DNA of 64,000 bases from Octopus vulgaris (GCA_951406725.2 OX597823.1:99200001-99264000), one strand, 5' to 3'; shown: positions 24,566-38,424, numbered from the stretch's first letter. Numbers and translations are program-made. Notes: a model not told the origin generated them from the letters alone.

Positions 24566-26561
24566 TGGCGAGTTTCATTATAAAGTACAACCTATTTGTT
24601 GTTGTTTGTTTCTCCTTTCTTATGAGATCCAACTCCTCCCATTGCAACTGATCTTTGTCTATAAAGAGATAGTCTCTCCGTCTGTTTTTCTGCCTTTTGA
24701 TTAACATGATAAAGATTAATATTTTATTTGAAATAAAATAGTAATTTTCCCCTTTAAGAAAAAAACAATAGAGTACCCGTGGTTCAAAAAATATCCCATA
24801 AAAATATTGGGAGAATTTCTATCTTTCAGTCCACAGAACTTGAAAGTTGTATAAATGCTTAAGGGTAGAAATTAGAAAGTAAGAAAAAAAGAATGGACAG
24901 TGTTAGCTGGGACAACTCAGTGTTGACATTTTCAACTTGGTTATTTTTCTTTTTTTCTCTTAAAGTGGGAAATGACTATTTTATTTGTAATCTTTATCAT
25001 TTTAATCAAATGGCAGGAATGGAGCAATGTGAAATGAAGTGTTTTGCTCAAGAACATAATGCGTTGCTCAGTCTTTGAACTGAGCCAGTGATCTCGCAAT
25101 CATGAGTCCAATAGCTTGACCACTATGTCATATGTGCCTTCACTATATCTATTCAAATACTTATTTAAATTGTAAGATATGTTTTTTTTTTTTTTTCCTA
25201 TTTTAGAATAAGCAAAAGAAATACACCTAAATGGAAACCTTTTTAGAATTGTAAATTGTATGTAATTTTATCTCATAGTAATCTATTTATATAGATTGTA
25301 CTCGCCTCATATTCATTTTTGAATTATCTGAATGCGCGTGTATGGTTGCTTTTCACATGCAATAATGGCAATGCTGTTGTTGTTATGTTGTATGAATGCC
25401 TTCTGCTCCTCCTAACCTAGTCCTCTAAGTCCATATTGGTTGAGTCAATCTAATTTGTTCTCAGACTCTTGTATTTCTAGATGAAGGGGCGATACACGCT
25501 CTTCGTATGTTTTGAAAGACTCACAGACGGTGATCCTTGAGTAGTAAGTATACTCTCCACAGTTTGAATACTTGAACTAGTTACACTTCTGTGGTGGGAT
25601 ATTGACACAAACAACACCATGTGAAAAATGGAACGTTTTTCCATCTTTTTTTTTTTTTTTTTTTTTTTGCCTATTTTATATACTTTTAAAATAGAAAATT
25701 TTAATCTAAATTAAATTTAATCTTGTTTATTCTGTGTTTTCATGTGTTTTGGAAACATGCTGGCATCTACAAATGTTCCTCGACACTTCTAACTTGGAAC
25801 CTATTTCTCTTCATATTGTTAAAGCATATCTCAGCATATATTGAAGAATGCCGATAGATTGCCTGCCCATTAACACAGTCCTCTTTCAGTTACTTTTTCT
25901 CCATTCACAGTACTTCATATATGTACTTACGGTTTTGCTATGAAGTTGCCTTTTAAAATTTAAACTTATGTTGCTATATTATGGTATATAAACAGAATTA
26001 TTAGATGTTTGAAAATATTGATTATCTATTAGAGCTTAGAAGAATTAAATAGTACCTCATGTTTAGAAACGTGTAAACAGACTAATTTTGATACCTGGAT
26101 GCCCCATCAAAATTCACTATTGTAATTTAAATGTGTATTGTTTAAAAATCTTTTTTTTAATTTTTTTTACACCAGCTAAGTCTCATGGAAACACAATAGG
26201 TATAACTTAAATTTCTCATCCAGCTGTAGCTTAGTACTAATAAAAGATCATAAATTGACAGGATAGAAGCACACAAAACAAAAGACTTTAATATTTTTGT
26301 TCTACTACATTTTGAGTTCCAAGAAATTGATAAAATAAGTGCCTTGACCTATTCAGTTGATTTCCTTGAAAAAATAACCTCTGTACCTTATCAAAGGAAA
26401 TTTTCACCAATATTGTAGCATTAGCTATTTCTGGCTTAACATCCAAAGAAAAATTGTCTCTTGGTTATCCTAAACACATCTTTACTAGTGAAGTTTGATT
26501 AGTGAAATATTAAACTCATAACTCTTTTTTTGAAGCTTTTCATCCCCTAGAGAATTCTTAA

Positions 26562-27635
26562 CCCTTTCGTTACCAAACCGGGCGAAAAAAATTTTGGTTA
26601 ATGTGACCAAGCCGCCCAAAACCGCCCGAATTTACCTATTCATATTTAAATGAGAATATCAGAGCAAATCTCTTTAGTACATTCATGAAAACACGTATTA
26701 TACTTCGTAAAGAGTTCAACTACAGTTTTGTACAAAAATCGAAGTGTAATTTTAATTCCGTGAATTTTGGGAGATTTTTTTCCGAAATTTGTTCCTATTG
26801 TGTTTTCAAAATTTGTAATTCTGACAAAAAATGGATACGAATTTCATATCAAGCAGCGAGTCAGAATTCAAAGGATTTTCTACTGAAGACCTTCATAAAT
26901 CTAACTCTATGACTGAAAAAAAAAAAGCACGTGGTATTTGATAATGAATCTGATGTTTCATTTTCCGAATGTGAAAACAGTGAATCCGAGAGCTCCGACA
27001 GCGATAAAGAAAATGAATTGGCACCTGAATGGAGTGAAAATTTAAAAACTGTTTCTTTCGGTGATTTTTCTGAAGAAACTGGACCAAGTCACAATCTTTC
27101 CCAGAAGAGTAAAGCCTTAGACTATTTCTTTTTACTTTTTCGAATGAGCCTATTTGAAATCATTACGGCGGAAACGAACCATTACGCTAAATGTAAACAA
27201 AACGAAAGAAAGGATAGTTAGTGGTTTCCCATAACCTTAAATGAAATTAAGACTATTTTGCCATAAATATTTTTATGGGTATCAGAAAGTTACCCAGAAT
27301 AACAAATTCTATCGTGAAATTTTGTTGTATACCCAATTGAATATTAGCTAATAACCCATTTTCTATAGCGATGTTTGAACAAAATTTTAATAATTTTATA
27401 TTTTGTTGAATTTACCTGTATCTACCTGCAATTAGAGTCACTTTGTGACAAAAATTATAGTATAGAATTGGTTGAGAACATTTCATTAAATTATCTTCCA
27501 AAATTCACGTTAATATATTAATAAATAAAAAAGTTATAGTTGTTTAATGAAACCAGACTAAATTTATGATTACGTTAGAAATTAATTGAAACACATAAGG
27601 GGTGTATTTTGGTCAGAAATATAGTAACGAAAGGG
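26562..27635 (+). mobile_element. Internally deleted piggyBac element, copy 1
   Basis: TTAA|CCCTTTCGTTAC ... GTAACGAAAGGG|TTAA; acidic N-terminus plus LDYFFLLF...IITAETNHYA transposase start. Confidence 0.9.
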
Positions 27636-28080
27636 TTAAATGCACCAGGAAAGAATTTGTTTCAGAAATACTTTTGTAAAAACTTTATAGCTTTCGTTTT
27701 AATTAAAAAGAATTAGAAATTCTGAATAGAATAGATCTTTATAGTTTATTGAAATATGGTAGGGAAAAAAAACCCCAGCTAGTTTACAAATTGTTTTTTT
27801 CTTTACTTTTAATAATTCCAATCATTAAAGTCAATGAAAGAAATTTTAGTAAATTTTATCTTTGTAAATTGGAGAATGTCTGTCTGTTAAGACTTGAGGT
27901 GATATATTTGTTTTATTTTAATGTTGTGGACTCTATTTTAAAAAAGAAAACCAGTTTTGGGGCCTTGTTGCTGGGATTTTAATGACTGCTTTCAGTGATT
28001 TCAGTCCTTTCTTGTAACATTTCCTTGTCTCTTTTATCTTTTTGGTTTATTTGATCTAACACAACCTTTTGTCTCTTCAG

Positions 28081-28256
28081 GAGGTGATAGAACTAACTCT
28101 ACAGCTGCTGAACATTGGCCCAACTTCAGGAAGTTCTAATGCTGAAGAAGGCAATGGTGAAGAAGTATCAACAAACAACACAGAAGCTGCAGAAGCAGTT
28201 CAGACAACCTGGAGTGCTGGAGATGCTTGCCAAGCTCTTTGGTCTGTAGATGGACA
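28081..28256 (+). CDS. SMNDC1: SMNDC1 exon 3 of 7
   Basis: TTCAG|EVIELT...WSAGDACQALWSVDG (Tudor domain start), donor CA|GTAAGT. Confidence 0.93.
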
Positions 28257-28873
28257 GTAAGTATGAAATCAATTCATTTCAAATTGCTGTAGAAACAAGA
28301 TAAATTGTGTGTGTGTGTTTATATATCTATCTATCTGTCTGTGGTTGATGATGCACAGACATTCTCTCTCACTCTCTTTCTCTTTTACTTGCTCTATGAA
28401 ACATTTACTAGCACAAAACAAACACTGTCACCACTAATGTCTCTCACTCTCTCTCTCTCTCACTCTCTCTTTCTATAAGAAGCAGTATAAAAACATTTTT
28501 TCAGCCTATGATGGTGAGCCAGACAAATTGACATTGTGGGCCGTAGTTTGGTGACCCATGATTTAGATGGTAAGTTACATGCTAATACGCTGAATGGTAT
28601 ACCCAAATAGTTCCTAATGAAGAATTTCTAGTTGAGACTTTGAAATGGGGGGGGGGGGGGTGATTTGAAGAAATTAAACAGTTCACAGAAAATTGGGTTT
28701 TTTTTATTGCTTGAGTGGTGTCTAATGTTGATTGTAGGAGACACAACATATTTCAGTCTTAGTAGGCTTCATCAGCTAAGTCTTCTTACACCTGCCTTGC
28801 TTAGTAGGCAGAGATATTTACAATTAGAAAATTCATTTGACAAATTTAAGCTGACCTAATTTTTCCTTTGTAG

Positions 28874-28961
28874 GTATTATGAAGCAAAAATTGATGAGAT
28901 ATTGCTTGACGGAACATGTACTGTAACATTTGAGGGTTATGGAAACACAGACATTACACAG
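28874..28961 (+). CDS. SMNDC1: SMNDC1 exon 4 of 7 (Tudor domain)
   Basis: TGTAG|g YYEAKIDEILLDGTCTVTFEGYGNTDITQ|GTAAAT. Confidence 0.93.
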
Positions 28962-29074
28962 GTAAATATTTTGCAGAGAAAAATGAATATTCATTTGGTT
29001 TATACAAAATTTCTCATGAAATAATTTGTATCTTCTTGGATTTTCTGGTGATTTTTTTTTTTTTATGTTGTGCT

Positions 29075-29305
29075 TTCTTATTTCTGTATTGCCCACAAGG
29101 GGCTAAACATAAAGAGGACAAGCAAGAACAGACAAAGATGTAAGTCGATTATATTGACGCCAGTGCGTAACTGGTACTTAATTTATCGACCCCAAAAGGA
29201 TGAAAGGCAAAGTTGACCAGAATTTGAACTCGGGACATAACGGCAGACGAAATACTGCTAAGCATTTTGCCCGGTGTGCTTACGTTTCTGCCAGCTCACT
29301 GCCTT
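29075..29305 (-). mobile_element. MetaSINE-like SINE
   Basis: Reverse complement of the 20893 family including its head (GGCAGTGAGCTGGCAGAAACGT). Confidence 0.75.
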
Positions 29306-29442
29306 CTTTTGTACTTTCTACAATTTGAAATTAATATTAGCTCAGCTTTATTGCTTAGCTGTATATTTATAACCATAATAGTTTATTCACAAACACTAGA
29401 TTGCTGAATTTTTTCTCTAATTTTTGTTTCCCAATGCTCTAG

Positions 29443-29525
29443 GCAAATTTATTAAAACCATCTGATGCTGATAACGATCATGGTGTGGATGGATTGGGTC
29501 CCGAAGCCAAACGACTTAAATCAAA
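29443..29525 (+). CDS. SMNDC1: SMNDC1 exon 5 of 7
   Basis: CTAG|ANLLKPSDADNDHGVDGLGPEAKRLKS, donor AA|GTAAGT; phases fit both neighbours. Confidence 0.85.
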
Positions 29526-29654
29526 GTAAGTTTATAATTATCAATCACAATTAAATTAAGATAATTAATACAATGATATTTCCTGGTAATTCTAGGTGAA
29601 TAGTAAAATTCTTTGTATTGGTTTGCATTGGAATAGAGCCACTTTCATTACAGA

Positions 29655-30572
29655 GTTACCGGGTTGGCAAAAATGCTATTTCGTTTTTCGTAAATAGTTA
29701 CGATTTTTTGTAATGACTTTTGTCAATGTCATGATTTTTTCCTTTTGACATTTGATAGCCATTACCTCTAGCTTACATTAGAAGCAAATTGCATGTAATT
29801 TTCTTTACAGCTGTTAGTCCAGTGTCATTTTTAACATGGAGTGCAAAAACAAATATTTTCACTATATTTTGCTTTTTTATTTCCTTAAAGGCAAGAAAGC
29901 TGCTGAATCTCACAAATATGTGGAGTTTTTAAGGTTAACAGAATGCACATATCAGAAATGGTTTTAAAATTCCATTCTGGAGATTTTTCACTCAAAGTTG
30001 TCCAATGTTCTGTTCTAGTTGACCTACTGAAGTTGATGATGACCGAATCAAAGCCATAATTGAATCTGATTGTCATATAACATAATTGAATCTGATTGTC
30101 ATTGCAGAGAGGTTAAATGTATCACACAAAACAATTGAAAATCACTTAAAATGTCTTGGACTCGTTAAGAAGTTTGATATTTGGGTTCCACATAAATTGA
30201 AAGACATTCACTTAACATAATGATCAATATTTGCGATATGCATCTCAAATGCAATGAAATTGCCCTTATTTTTAAAGGAATCATCATTGGTGATGAAAAA
30301 TGGATTGTCTACAATAACATCAATCGAAAGCGATCATGGTCCAGGCTGAATTGCATCAAAAAATGGTTGTGCTGTCAATTTGGTGGGATTACAAAGGTGT
30401 TGTTTATTTTGAGCTGCTTCCAAGGAACCAAACAATCAATTTAGATGTTTACTGTCAACAACTAATGAAGCTGGAGGAAGCAATCAAAGAAAAATGGCCA
30501 GAATTGGCAAATCATAAAGGAATCATGTTACAAATTTTAACATAAAGATAGGTTTTCATTTCAACTTCAGTT
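29655..30572 (+). mobile_element. Mariner transposon, decayed, interrupted by piggyBac
   Basis: WVPHKL, IIGDEKWIVYNN, LSIWWDYKGVVYFELLP...YCQQL motifs. Confidence 0.85.
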
Positions 30573-30576
30573 TTAA

Positions 30577-31931
30577 CCCTTTTGTTAGCAAACCGCCCGA
30601 AAAAAGTTTTGGTTCATGTGACCAAACCCGCCCGTAATTACCTATTCATATTTAAATGAGAATATCAGAGCAAATCTCGTTAGTACATTTGTGAAAACAT
30701 GTGATTATACTTCGTAAACAGTTCATCTACAGTTTTGTACAACGATCAACGTGTTATTTTAATTCCCTGAATTTTGGGAGATTTTTTTTTCGGCATCGAT
30801 TTTTCTTCAACTTTGAAAATGGATAGGAGTTTCATGTTATCAAGCATTGATTCCGAATTTAAAGCTTTTTCAACGGAAAATAGGGAGATATCGAGAAAAA
30901 GAATGAATGAGATCTTAAAGCACGTGGTGTACAAAATAATGAATAGAATATTTTTTTATCCGTTAACCGAAAGCAGCAATTCCGAAGAAACAAATCGGAA
31001 TGAAGTAAAAAACTTTTAAAATGTTTTTATTAGCAATTTTTCTGAGGAGATAGAGTTTATCTATAGTCTTTCTTAGGAAGCGAAACCATTAGACTTTTAT
31101 TTTTTTCAGTATGCTTGTTTGGAGCGATCACTGTGGAAGCAAACTGTTACGCAGAATGTAAACAAACACAAAATCGGGGATCAAAGTTTGGAAAATTTGT
31201 GAAGCAAATACTGGGTACTGTGTGGATTTAGTTTTTATACAGGGAAACTAATGTTATTGAGCATGGCTTAGGGTACGATGTGGTCTGGAAGTTATTGTTT
31301 GAAGCGATCAATGCGGAAACAAATTTATGCAGATTGTAAACAAACACAAAATGGGGGATCAAATTTCGGAAAATTTGTGAAGTAAATACTGGGTACTGCA
31401 TGGATTTAGTTTTTATACAGGGAAAATAGTATTAGTCAGCATGGCCTAGGGAACAATGTGGTCTGGAATTTATCACTTCCATACCATAACCAGGGCCGTA
31501 TATTATTTTATGACCGATTTCTTTAGTTCAGTCAAACTTGCGGTGGATTCCAGTATTTCACTTTATTCCACCTTTATGGTACACCTGTTGTGCATAGTGA
31601 TGTGCACAATTCTTCTTTATCAAAATTTTGTTGCATACCCATTTGAATATTAGCTGATGATTCATTTTCTATGGTGATGTTTAAACAAAATTTTAATATT
31701 TTTACCTTTTGCTGGATTTACCTGTAATTAAAGTCACTTTGAGACAAAAGTTATGCAATAGAATTGATTAAGAACCCTTTCTTTAATTATGTTCCAAATA
31801 TCACATTAATATGTTGATAAGTAAAAAAGTTACAGTTATTTAATGAAACAAGCCTAAATTCATGATTATTTTAGAATTTAATTGAAACTCATGAGGGGTG
31901 TATTTTGGTCAGAAATATAGTAACGAAAGGG
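30577..31931 (+). mobile_element. Internally deleted piggyBac element, copy 2
   Basis: TTAA|CCCTTTTGTTAG ... GTAACGAAAGGG|TTAA; ends shared with copy 1; contains GIKVWKICEANTGY motif in a tandem duplication. Confidence 0.88.
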
Positions 31932-32219
31932 TTAAAAGAATGTAAAATGTGATATAAAAGTTGGGAATGTGCTTTCAAAATTTATATTTTGAATTTCTTA
32001 AATGTTTCACTTTATTCCATCACTTTGTTTAAAAAAATGTGGGGGAAAAATAAGGGATCAATTGTAGCATTTGCTGTAGTTTGATGTTTGATTTAAAGAA
32101 GTTGGAGGCAAAAAATCAGGTTTATATATTGATTTTTTTTTTTTTTTTTTTTTTTTGTTGACAATAGCATTTTTGAATATAAAGATTATTCTGTACTGAT
32201 TAAATTATTTCCCAAATAG

Positions 32220-32346
32220 GAAAGATCTGATTGCTGAAGAACGTGAGAAAAAACGGAAAAAGGCACAAAAGAAAGCCCAGCGCATGAAACAATTAGAAGA
32301 GGAGAGGGAAACTGAGAAAAATAAATGGCTTGATTTTAATGCAAAG
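32220..32346 (+). CDS. SMNDC1: SMNDC1 exon 6 of 7
   Basis: ATAG|g KDLIAEEREKKRKKAQKKAQRMKQLEEERETEKNKWLDFNAK|GTAAGA. Confidence 0.93.
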
Positions 32347-33209
32347 GTAAGATATAATTCTTTTAGGTACATTTCACCTTTTGATGACTGCAATTACTGC
32401 ACCCCCCCCCAATACTCAGTTTTATTATTCATAGTACTAAGTTGTTTTTATTGTAATACTAAGTTGAAACAACATGAAGATAGCGCATATTGTTGTTTCA
32501 TTTATGAACTCATGAGCAGATTCAAAAATCTAAGTTTTCTGAACGAGACTCTTCCATTATCAACACTCTACGACATATGCTAAGTTTTTTTAAAGAAATA
32601 AAAAAAAACAATTTTTTTCACTAGTTTACTTCAGATTTTTTAAATAACAAAATTGATAAGCTTGGGAACCCCTACTCTGTATTTGTTATTTTTAATTTTC
32701 TTGCATGTCGTTAGTGACTAGATTGGACAATATAATTTTTATGCACTTAAGCCTTAACTGATCTTAGAGCCAATATAGTCACTTATTAAAATCTTTATAG
32801 CTCTATTGATGACACTTTTCCATTCATCTTGAATAATTCATTTGTGCAAAAGATATGCATACCTGCAGATTAGCTTTGACTGGTGACACTTCTTATTTGC
32901 ACTGCCTTTATCTTTGATTTATTTAATAAACTTTTGTTGCAATTAGAGAATTACCTGGAAATAATTAAGAGAATTTATTGCTCAGAAAGTCTTACAAGCA
33001 AATCTAAAAATGGTAATGCTACTACTGCTAATAATAATGATGGTTTGTAATAAAGACACAAGGCCTGAAGCTTGGGAGAGGAGGAGTTGATTTCATTGAT
33101 CCTACAGTACATAAGTGGTATTATATTGTCAACCCCAGAAGGATGAAAGGCAAATTTAACCTAAGCAAGACTTAAATTCATAATAATGTCATTAGAAATA
33201 TGATGAATG

Positions 33210-33637
33210 CTAGTGGAGCGCTAAGAGTACCATACAAGTGAGATCGTTGCCAGAGCAACAAGCTGGCCTCCGTGCCGATGGCACGTTAAAAACACCATTC
33301 AAGCGTGATCGTTACCTGCATCGCCTTACTAGCACTTGTGCTGGTGGCACATGAAAAAACATTTGAGCGAGGTCGTTGCCAGTGCCGCTGGACTGGCTCC
33401 TGTGCAGGTGGCACATAAAAAGCACCATTTGTGAGTGGCCGTTGCCAGTACCACCTGACTGGCCCCCGTGCCGGTGGCATGTAAAAGAACCCACTACGCT
33501 CTTGGAGTGGTTGGCGTTAGGAAGGGCATCCAGCTGTAGAAACAATGCCAGATCAGATTGGAATCTGGTTCGCCAGACCTCAGTCAAATCGTCCAACCCA
33601 TGCTAGCATGGAAAGCAGACGTTAAACGATGATGATG
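33210..33637 (+). mobile_element. SINE-like repeat with four GTGGCACGTAAAAAGCACC modules
   Basis: Same family as 815-1140, ends in (GAT)n. Confidence 0.75.
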
Positions 33638-33812
33638 TAATGAAAGGGTTAAAGAATCTACCAATTTGTTGTTCCAAATCTAAGAGAATCTAAAATTTAA
33701 AAAAAAATTTATGTATTCTTTAAATAGCATGTTATTTTTCTTTGTCATGTTCTGATTATAAATGTATGAAAAACGTAGAAAATATGAAAACATACTTTGA
33801 AATTATTTTCAG

Positions 33813-33959
33813 ACATTTTCCAAGACAAACAAGGGAAAAGTGAAGAGGTCTATATTTGCTTCTCCAGATAATATCAATGGAAGAGTTGGAATTGGTACAT
33901 GTGGAACTGGTGGCAAACCTATGACAGAGTACCATCCCCAAGAAAAGTGGAAAAAGTGA
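33813..33959 (+). CDS. SMNDC1: SMNDC1 exon 7 of 7
   Basis: TTCAG|TFSKTNKGKVKRSIFASPDNINGRVGIGTCGTGGKPMTEY...KWKK*; conserved SIFASP/GxVGxGTCG; total CDS 735 nt = 244 aa. Confidence 0.93.
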   Translation, partial: TFSKTNKGKVKRSIFASPDNINGRVGIGTCGTGGKPMTEYHPQEKWKK

Positions 33960-36306
33960 AACTGCTTTCATTCCCATCCCAAATATTTTCTTTTTCTATG
34001 GCCTCGCAGATTTGTATATAGATTATTGTTGAGCTCCATCAGTTTTTTCTTTCTTTTTTTTCTTTCTTTCTTTGACACATAACCCTTAACTTTCAACTTT
34101 ATCATTAAACTTGCTCTTGAAATTATTCATTTATACAATATTTTACATATTGTCATTTTCATTTCTTTATCTCATTGCTTTCTTTTTTAATTAAAAAAAT
34201 TTTTTTTTTCAAAAATTAGGTAACAGATATATTTATTTTTAAAAAATCAGTAAACCAAATGATTTAGGAACTATCATTGTAACAGATTTTTTTCAATGGT
34301 GCTGATAATATTCTGTTGCTATATTAAGTATCTTCGTTGGTCAAAAATTTAATTTCTTTTAATTCCTCAAAGTTCTTCCTCTGTTGATCAGGACTTTTGT
34401 TTTAAAAAAATGGAATATTAAAAGAAAGCTTACTTCCTTTTACTTGAAAATTTTAAATAGTGCGATTTCTTAGATGTTGCCAAATAACTTTTATGTACAG
34501 GTCTAATTATGTGTGTGGCTGTGTTTACAAACCTTGAACGGTGATGTTTTATAATACTTCATGATATAAAGCTATTGTTAGGTTTTTTTATGTACAAGTC
34601 TTGCATACAGTAATGAATGAATTAATGTTTAATATTTGCATGGAATATATCACATAGCTGGTGTATTTCACCTTTTAGATAACTTGTTGTGCAAAACTAT
34701 ATTCTTCAGAAATTTTTAATATGGTGCTGTCCTATCTATAACCCTTTTTATACCCTTCATCCTCCACAAACTGTCCATGTCTATATGAGTTGTTTTTGTG
34801 TCTGAAGAGACATTTAGATTTTCATAATTTTTAGATGGTCTATTACTAGTTTTTGCATATATATCTAATCTAAATTAAATAGTTGTTTCGTTAGCTTTTT
34901 GCTAACCCAAATCTACATACATACAGTTCTTACTTGAAGGAGCAACTTGTACTATATTTTATTCTTGAGCATAAGCAGTTTGCAATTATGCCAATATAAT
35001 AGGTTTCTAATAGAACATTTGTTGGATATATTTTGTAAGGATTAGTTTTCATCTGTACATAGTCCACAACCTGGGTGTATCTAGGAATATGTTTGGTGTA
35101 ACTCAGATTTTGATATGCTCTTCTAGTAGAATAAGAACAGCCAGTTTTGATTTGGAATTGGTGATAGTGTGGGAAATTCAGTAGTTTTGTCAGAATCTCT
35201 TGTTGGTTTTTGATTTTGACAATCGTAATACTAGTGAATATAGGCACCTGTTGTCTGTGATACGGGGTAATTATGTCGGTTCCAAGTTCCTGAAGTCAGT
35301 TTTCTCTTTCTTTAACACTTCAATTTTCATTTCAGTATTTATTTTTGTTTTTGAAAGTCCTTATATTTTCAAAATGACTGATAAAATCAACATTCTTATT
35401 TGTACTTATGTTTTTAATTTCTAAGGGGTGTTTACTATTTCTGTAATTCAAATGAAGAAAAATGCTACAATAAAAAGTAAATAGAAATTAGATATTAGTA
35501 AGTTGAGATTGAGGACAACACCTTTCTTACTGATATCTTTATCAAAATAGAAATCGGTTGAAATTATGTTGGGATAACTAGATACTGGCTCTCTTATGAA
35601 GACATGAGAATTAGCACTGCTTGCGCTTTGAAGCTAATTACCTAGCCATTAGTCTCTTGCTGCTAGATAGTGACATCAATTCCAGTATATATGAATTTAG
35701 TATCGAAAAAGACAGTTCAATTCATGATTCTATAAATTGCCACTGCATTGCAATGCATATAGCATATTCATAATTTAAACTTTGGCTTGATTCTCCCTCT
35801 CCAACTTTCTGTTGTAAAATTCTTAAACTTTTACAAAGTAATCTCACAAAATTGGGTTTTTTTTTTTCTCCCGCTTCAATTAAAGAACTCCAAAACCTTT
35901 CTGCATTACTTTTGTTTTTTACCTTTTAATTTATTTTGGTTATGTCCCAGATATTAAATTCTGCTGGATTTAAGAAAATTCATTTGTCATCTTAAATTCA
36001 AAGAGCAAGCTTGTGTACTCCATTGTATGTTGTTCATGTATAAAGCATAGTCTTGTTGCACTTGTAGAAGCTATACTGTGTTTTGGCAGCTCACTTGTGT
36101 GACAGACTGAAATAACATGTTTGGCCTTCATTTTCTATTTAAAGGAGCTGTTGTATATAAACAAATAGTCAACAGAAGTGAATAAATTTGTTTTCTTCAG
36201 ATATGTTGACATGTGTTGTTTTTTTTCTTTTCTTTACATTTCTGTTTGAAAATCAAAACTCGTTTCTCGAATCAGTTTGCTACAAAACTTTTTCTATAAA
36301 CTTTGA

Positions 36307-36521
36307 CCCTTTAGCATTCTGATTATTCTATCAAATGCTTATCTATTCACATTGTTTTGAATTAATCGTGCCTTATCTCTGTAGCTTGGAGCTTTGCTGA
36401 TGTGATTGTTTATTTTTAAAATGAAAATGTAGGATAGGCAGAGGTGGCCAGATCTGGCTTGTCTGAATGTAAAACAGGTTAAATATTTTGACCAGATATG
36501 GTCTGTTTAAATATTAAAGGG
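36307..36521. mobile_element. Small piggyBac-type MITE
   Basis: TTGA|CCCTTTAGCAT ... ATATTAAAGGG|TTAA, 215 bp, non-coding. Confidence 0.6.
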
Positions 36522-37317
36522 TTAAAGCAGTATGTTTCTGTTCTGAAATTATATTGATCAAAATAACCATTAGAAAGTTGGTATTTTTGCTACTAAAAAA
36601 CAAGTTTATTTTTTCTAATAAATTATTTGAAAATCACCTTCATCTGAGGATATCATGCAACAGGTAGACAGCGAAACATAGCTGTCTCTATATACACATA
36701 TGAATATATATGTATTTATATAGAAACCTGGTTGTGCCCCTTGGTCTCAACAGATCCTGTCAAGCCATAACAGCATGGAAAATGGACATACAATGATGAT
36801 GTGTATGTATATAAGGTTCTAGGTAATTTCACTCCTAATATTAGAAAAAATAAATAAATATAACATTGAAATTCGTTGTTGTTGTTGTTGTTGACAATGA
36901 TGGTTTACAGTTTATAGGTTTACTCATGATCCATCCCTGCTTCATTCCTTGCTGTTGTGGAAGGATTCCAACCACCCCCTTATGATTAAAAGTGGACTGT
37001 CACATTTGCTATAAATATAGAACTGTTGATTGGTAAGCAGTTCACTATGAGCCGTGTAACCTTGTATAACATTAAACCTTGTGCATTCGTGTAAATACTT
37101 TGTTAAATTATTTGTCCAATTTACAAGGATATCAAAGTTACTTAAAAGGGTAATATACATACATCATGCCTCAGGTTTTTAACAGTATCTGCAGAATGAA
37201 GAAATGTGTGGATGACATGAATCTATACATATAAATTTGACATGGGTGATTCTTTCTTGTCTGGGGATTCATGATCAAACGGCTGGGTGGGATTGTGCGA
37301 AAAATTACACAGATGCA

Positions 37318-37595
37318 TAGAATGATCTGGTGGTGTTTCTGGGCTTTGTATTTTTTCATAGCTCCCTTGGTTACCGAGATAATCTACTATAATAATACAC
37401 TTGTGTCTATGAATTAGAAAAGAAGGGGTGATAGATGAATAAGAAAGGAAGGACTGATGTCATATTTGGTAGTGAGATGATGAAAATTGTACGGTGAAAA
37501 AATAAATCAAACAGCGTTTCAACTCTGTGTGTGTGTATGTAAAAGGGGGGTATGTGAATGTGTGTATGTATGTGTGCACGCAATGGAAGTGGGAT
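37318..37595 (+). repeat. Dispersed repeat, possibly containing a Helitron 5' end
   Basis: Colinear with 62328-62605; contains TCTACTATAATAATA. Confidence 0.55.
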
Positions 37596-37609
37596 TTTTT
37601 GTGAAGTCT

Positions 37610-38424
37610 TTCTTTATACACTTCAGCCATGATTGATGAGCCAAGTTTAATGAAATAATGGATCACTACTGCGCCAGACCACCAAACACATCATCAGCTT
37701 CTTTTGACAAATTTTGCTTTTTGGACTGTATTTCGGTGGCTCATCTTTGTCCAACCATTGTGCTGAATGTTTACAGTTGTTGTATTGGATCCATTTCTCA
37801 TCACACGTTGCAATTTGATGAAAAAATGATTTACTTTTATGACAAGAGAGCAGCATAATGCAGGCTTCCAAATGTTGCTGTTTCTGATTTCCATTGAGTT
37901 CATGTGGAACCCACTTATCCAACATTTTCACTTTACCAATTTGTGAGTCAATATTATTTGCTTGCTAACACCAAACAACAATAATTCACGGGCACTTTGA
38001 AATGGATCTCACTCGACGGTGGCTTTCAGTTAATCATTATTCACCTTTGTTTCTGGTCGACTGCATTGCTCATTTGTAAGGTGAAAGTTACCAGAACGAA
38101 ATTTTGAAAATCAATTTGATACTCTCTTCTGAATAATAACATTAGAATGAAATGCTCCATTAATATTCCAAGCTGTCTGTGATCCTGTATTTCCAATAAA
38201 GAACTCGTATTTCAAAACTACGAATTTCTGACTTATATATTCCTAAACAAGAATATCAGAAAACAATTTATGAATACTTTATAAAGCGCAAGATAAGTTA
38301 GAATAACGAAATAGATGTGTCAGTTTTCTTGCAAAAAATAAAGATTGCCCAAATATAACAATGGCACAAAATGAGCAGCTGCCAAAGTTTACCTTACTAC
38401 AAATTTCATATTTGATGACCTAAT
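37610..38424 (-). mobile_element. Mariner transposon, decayed
   Basis: KWVPHEL, IATCDEKWIQYNN, KKLMMCLVVW; terminal TATTAGGTCATC on minus strand. Confidence 0.85.

Noticed and set aside
33240-33500. CRISPR-like repeat-spacer array
   Set aside because: Eukaryotic context, degenerate repeats, mutually related spacers, no cas genes; the units are internal to a dispersed SINE-like family
36640-36690. CTGAGGA...GAAAC hammerhead candidate
   Set aside because: No coherent stem I or II; better explained by a simple GACAGC/GCTGTC hairpin
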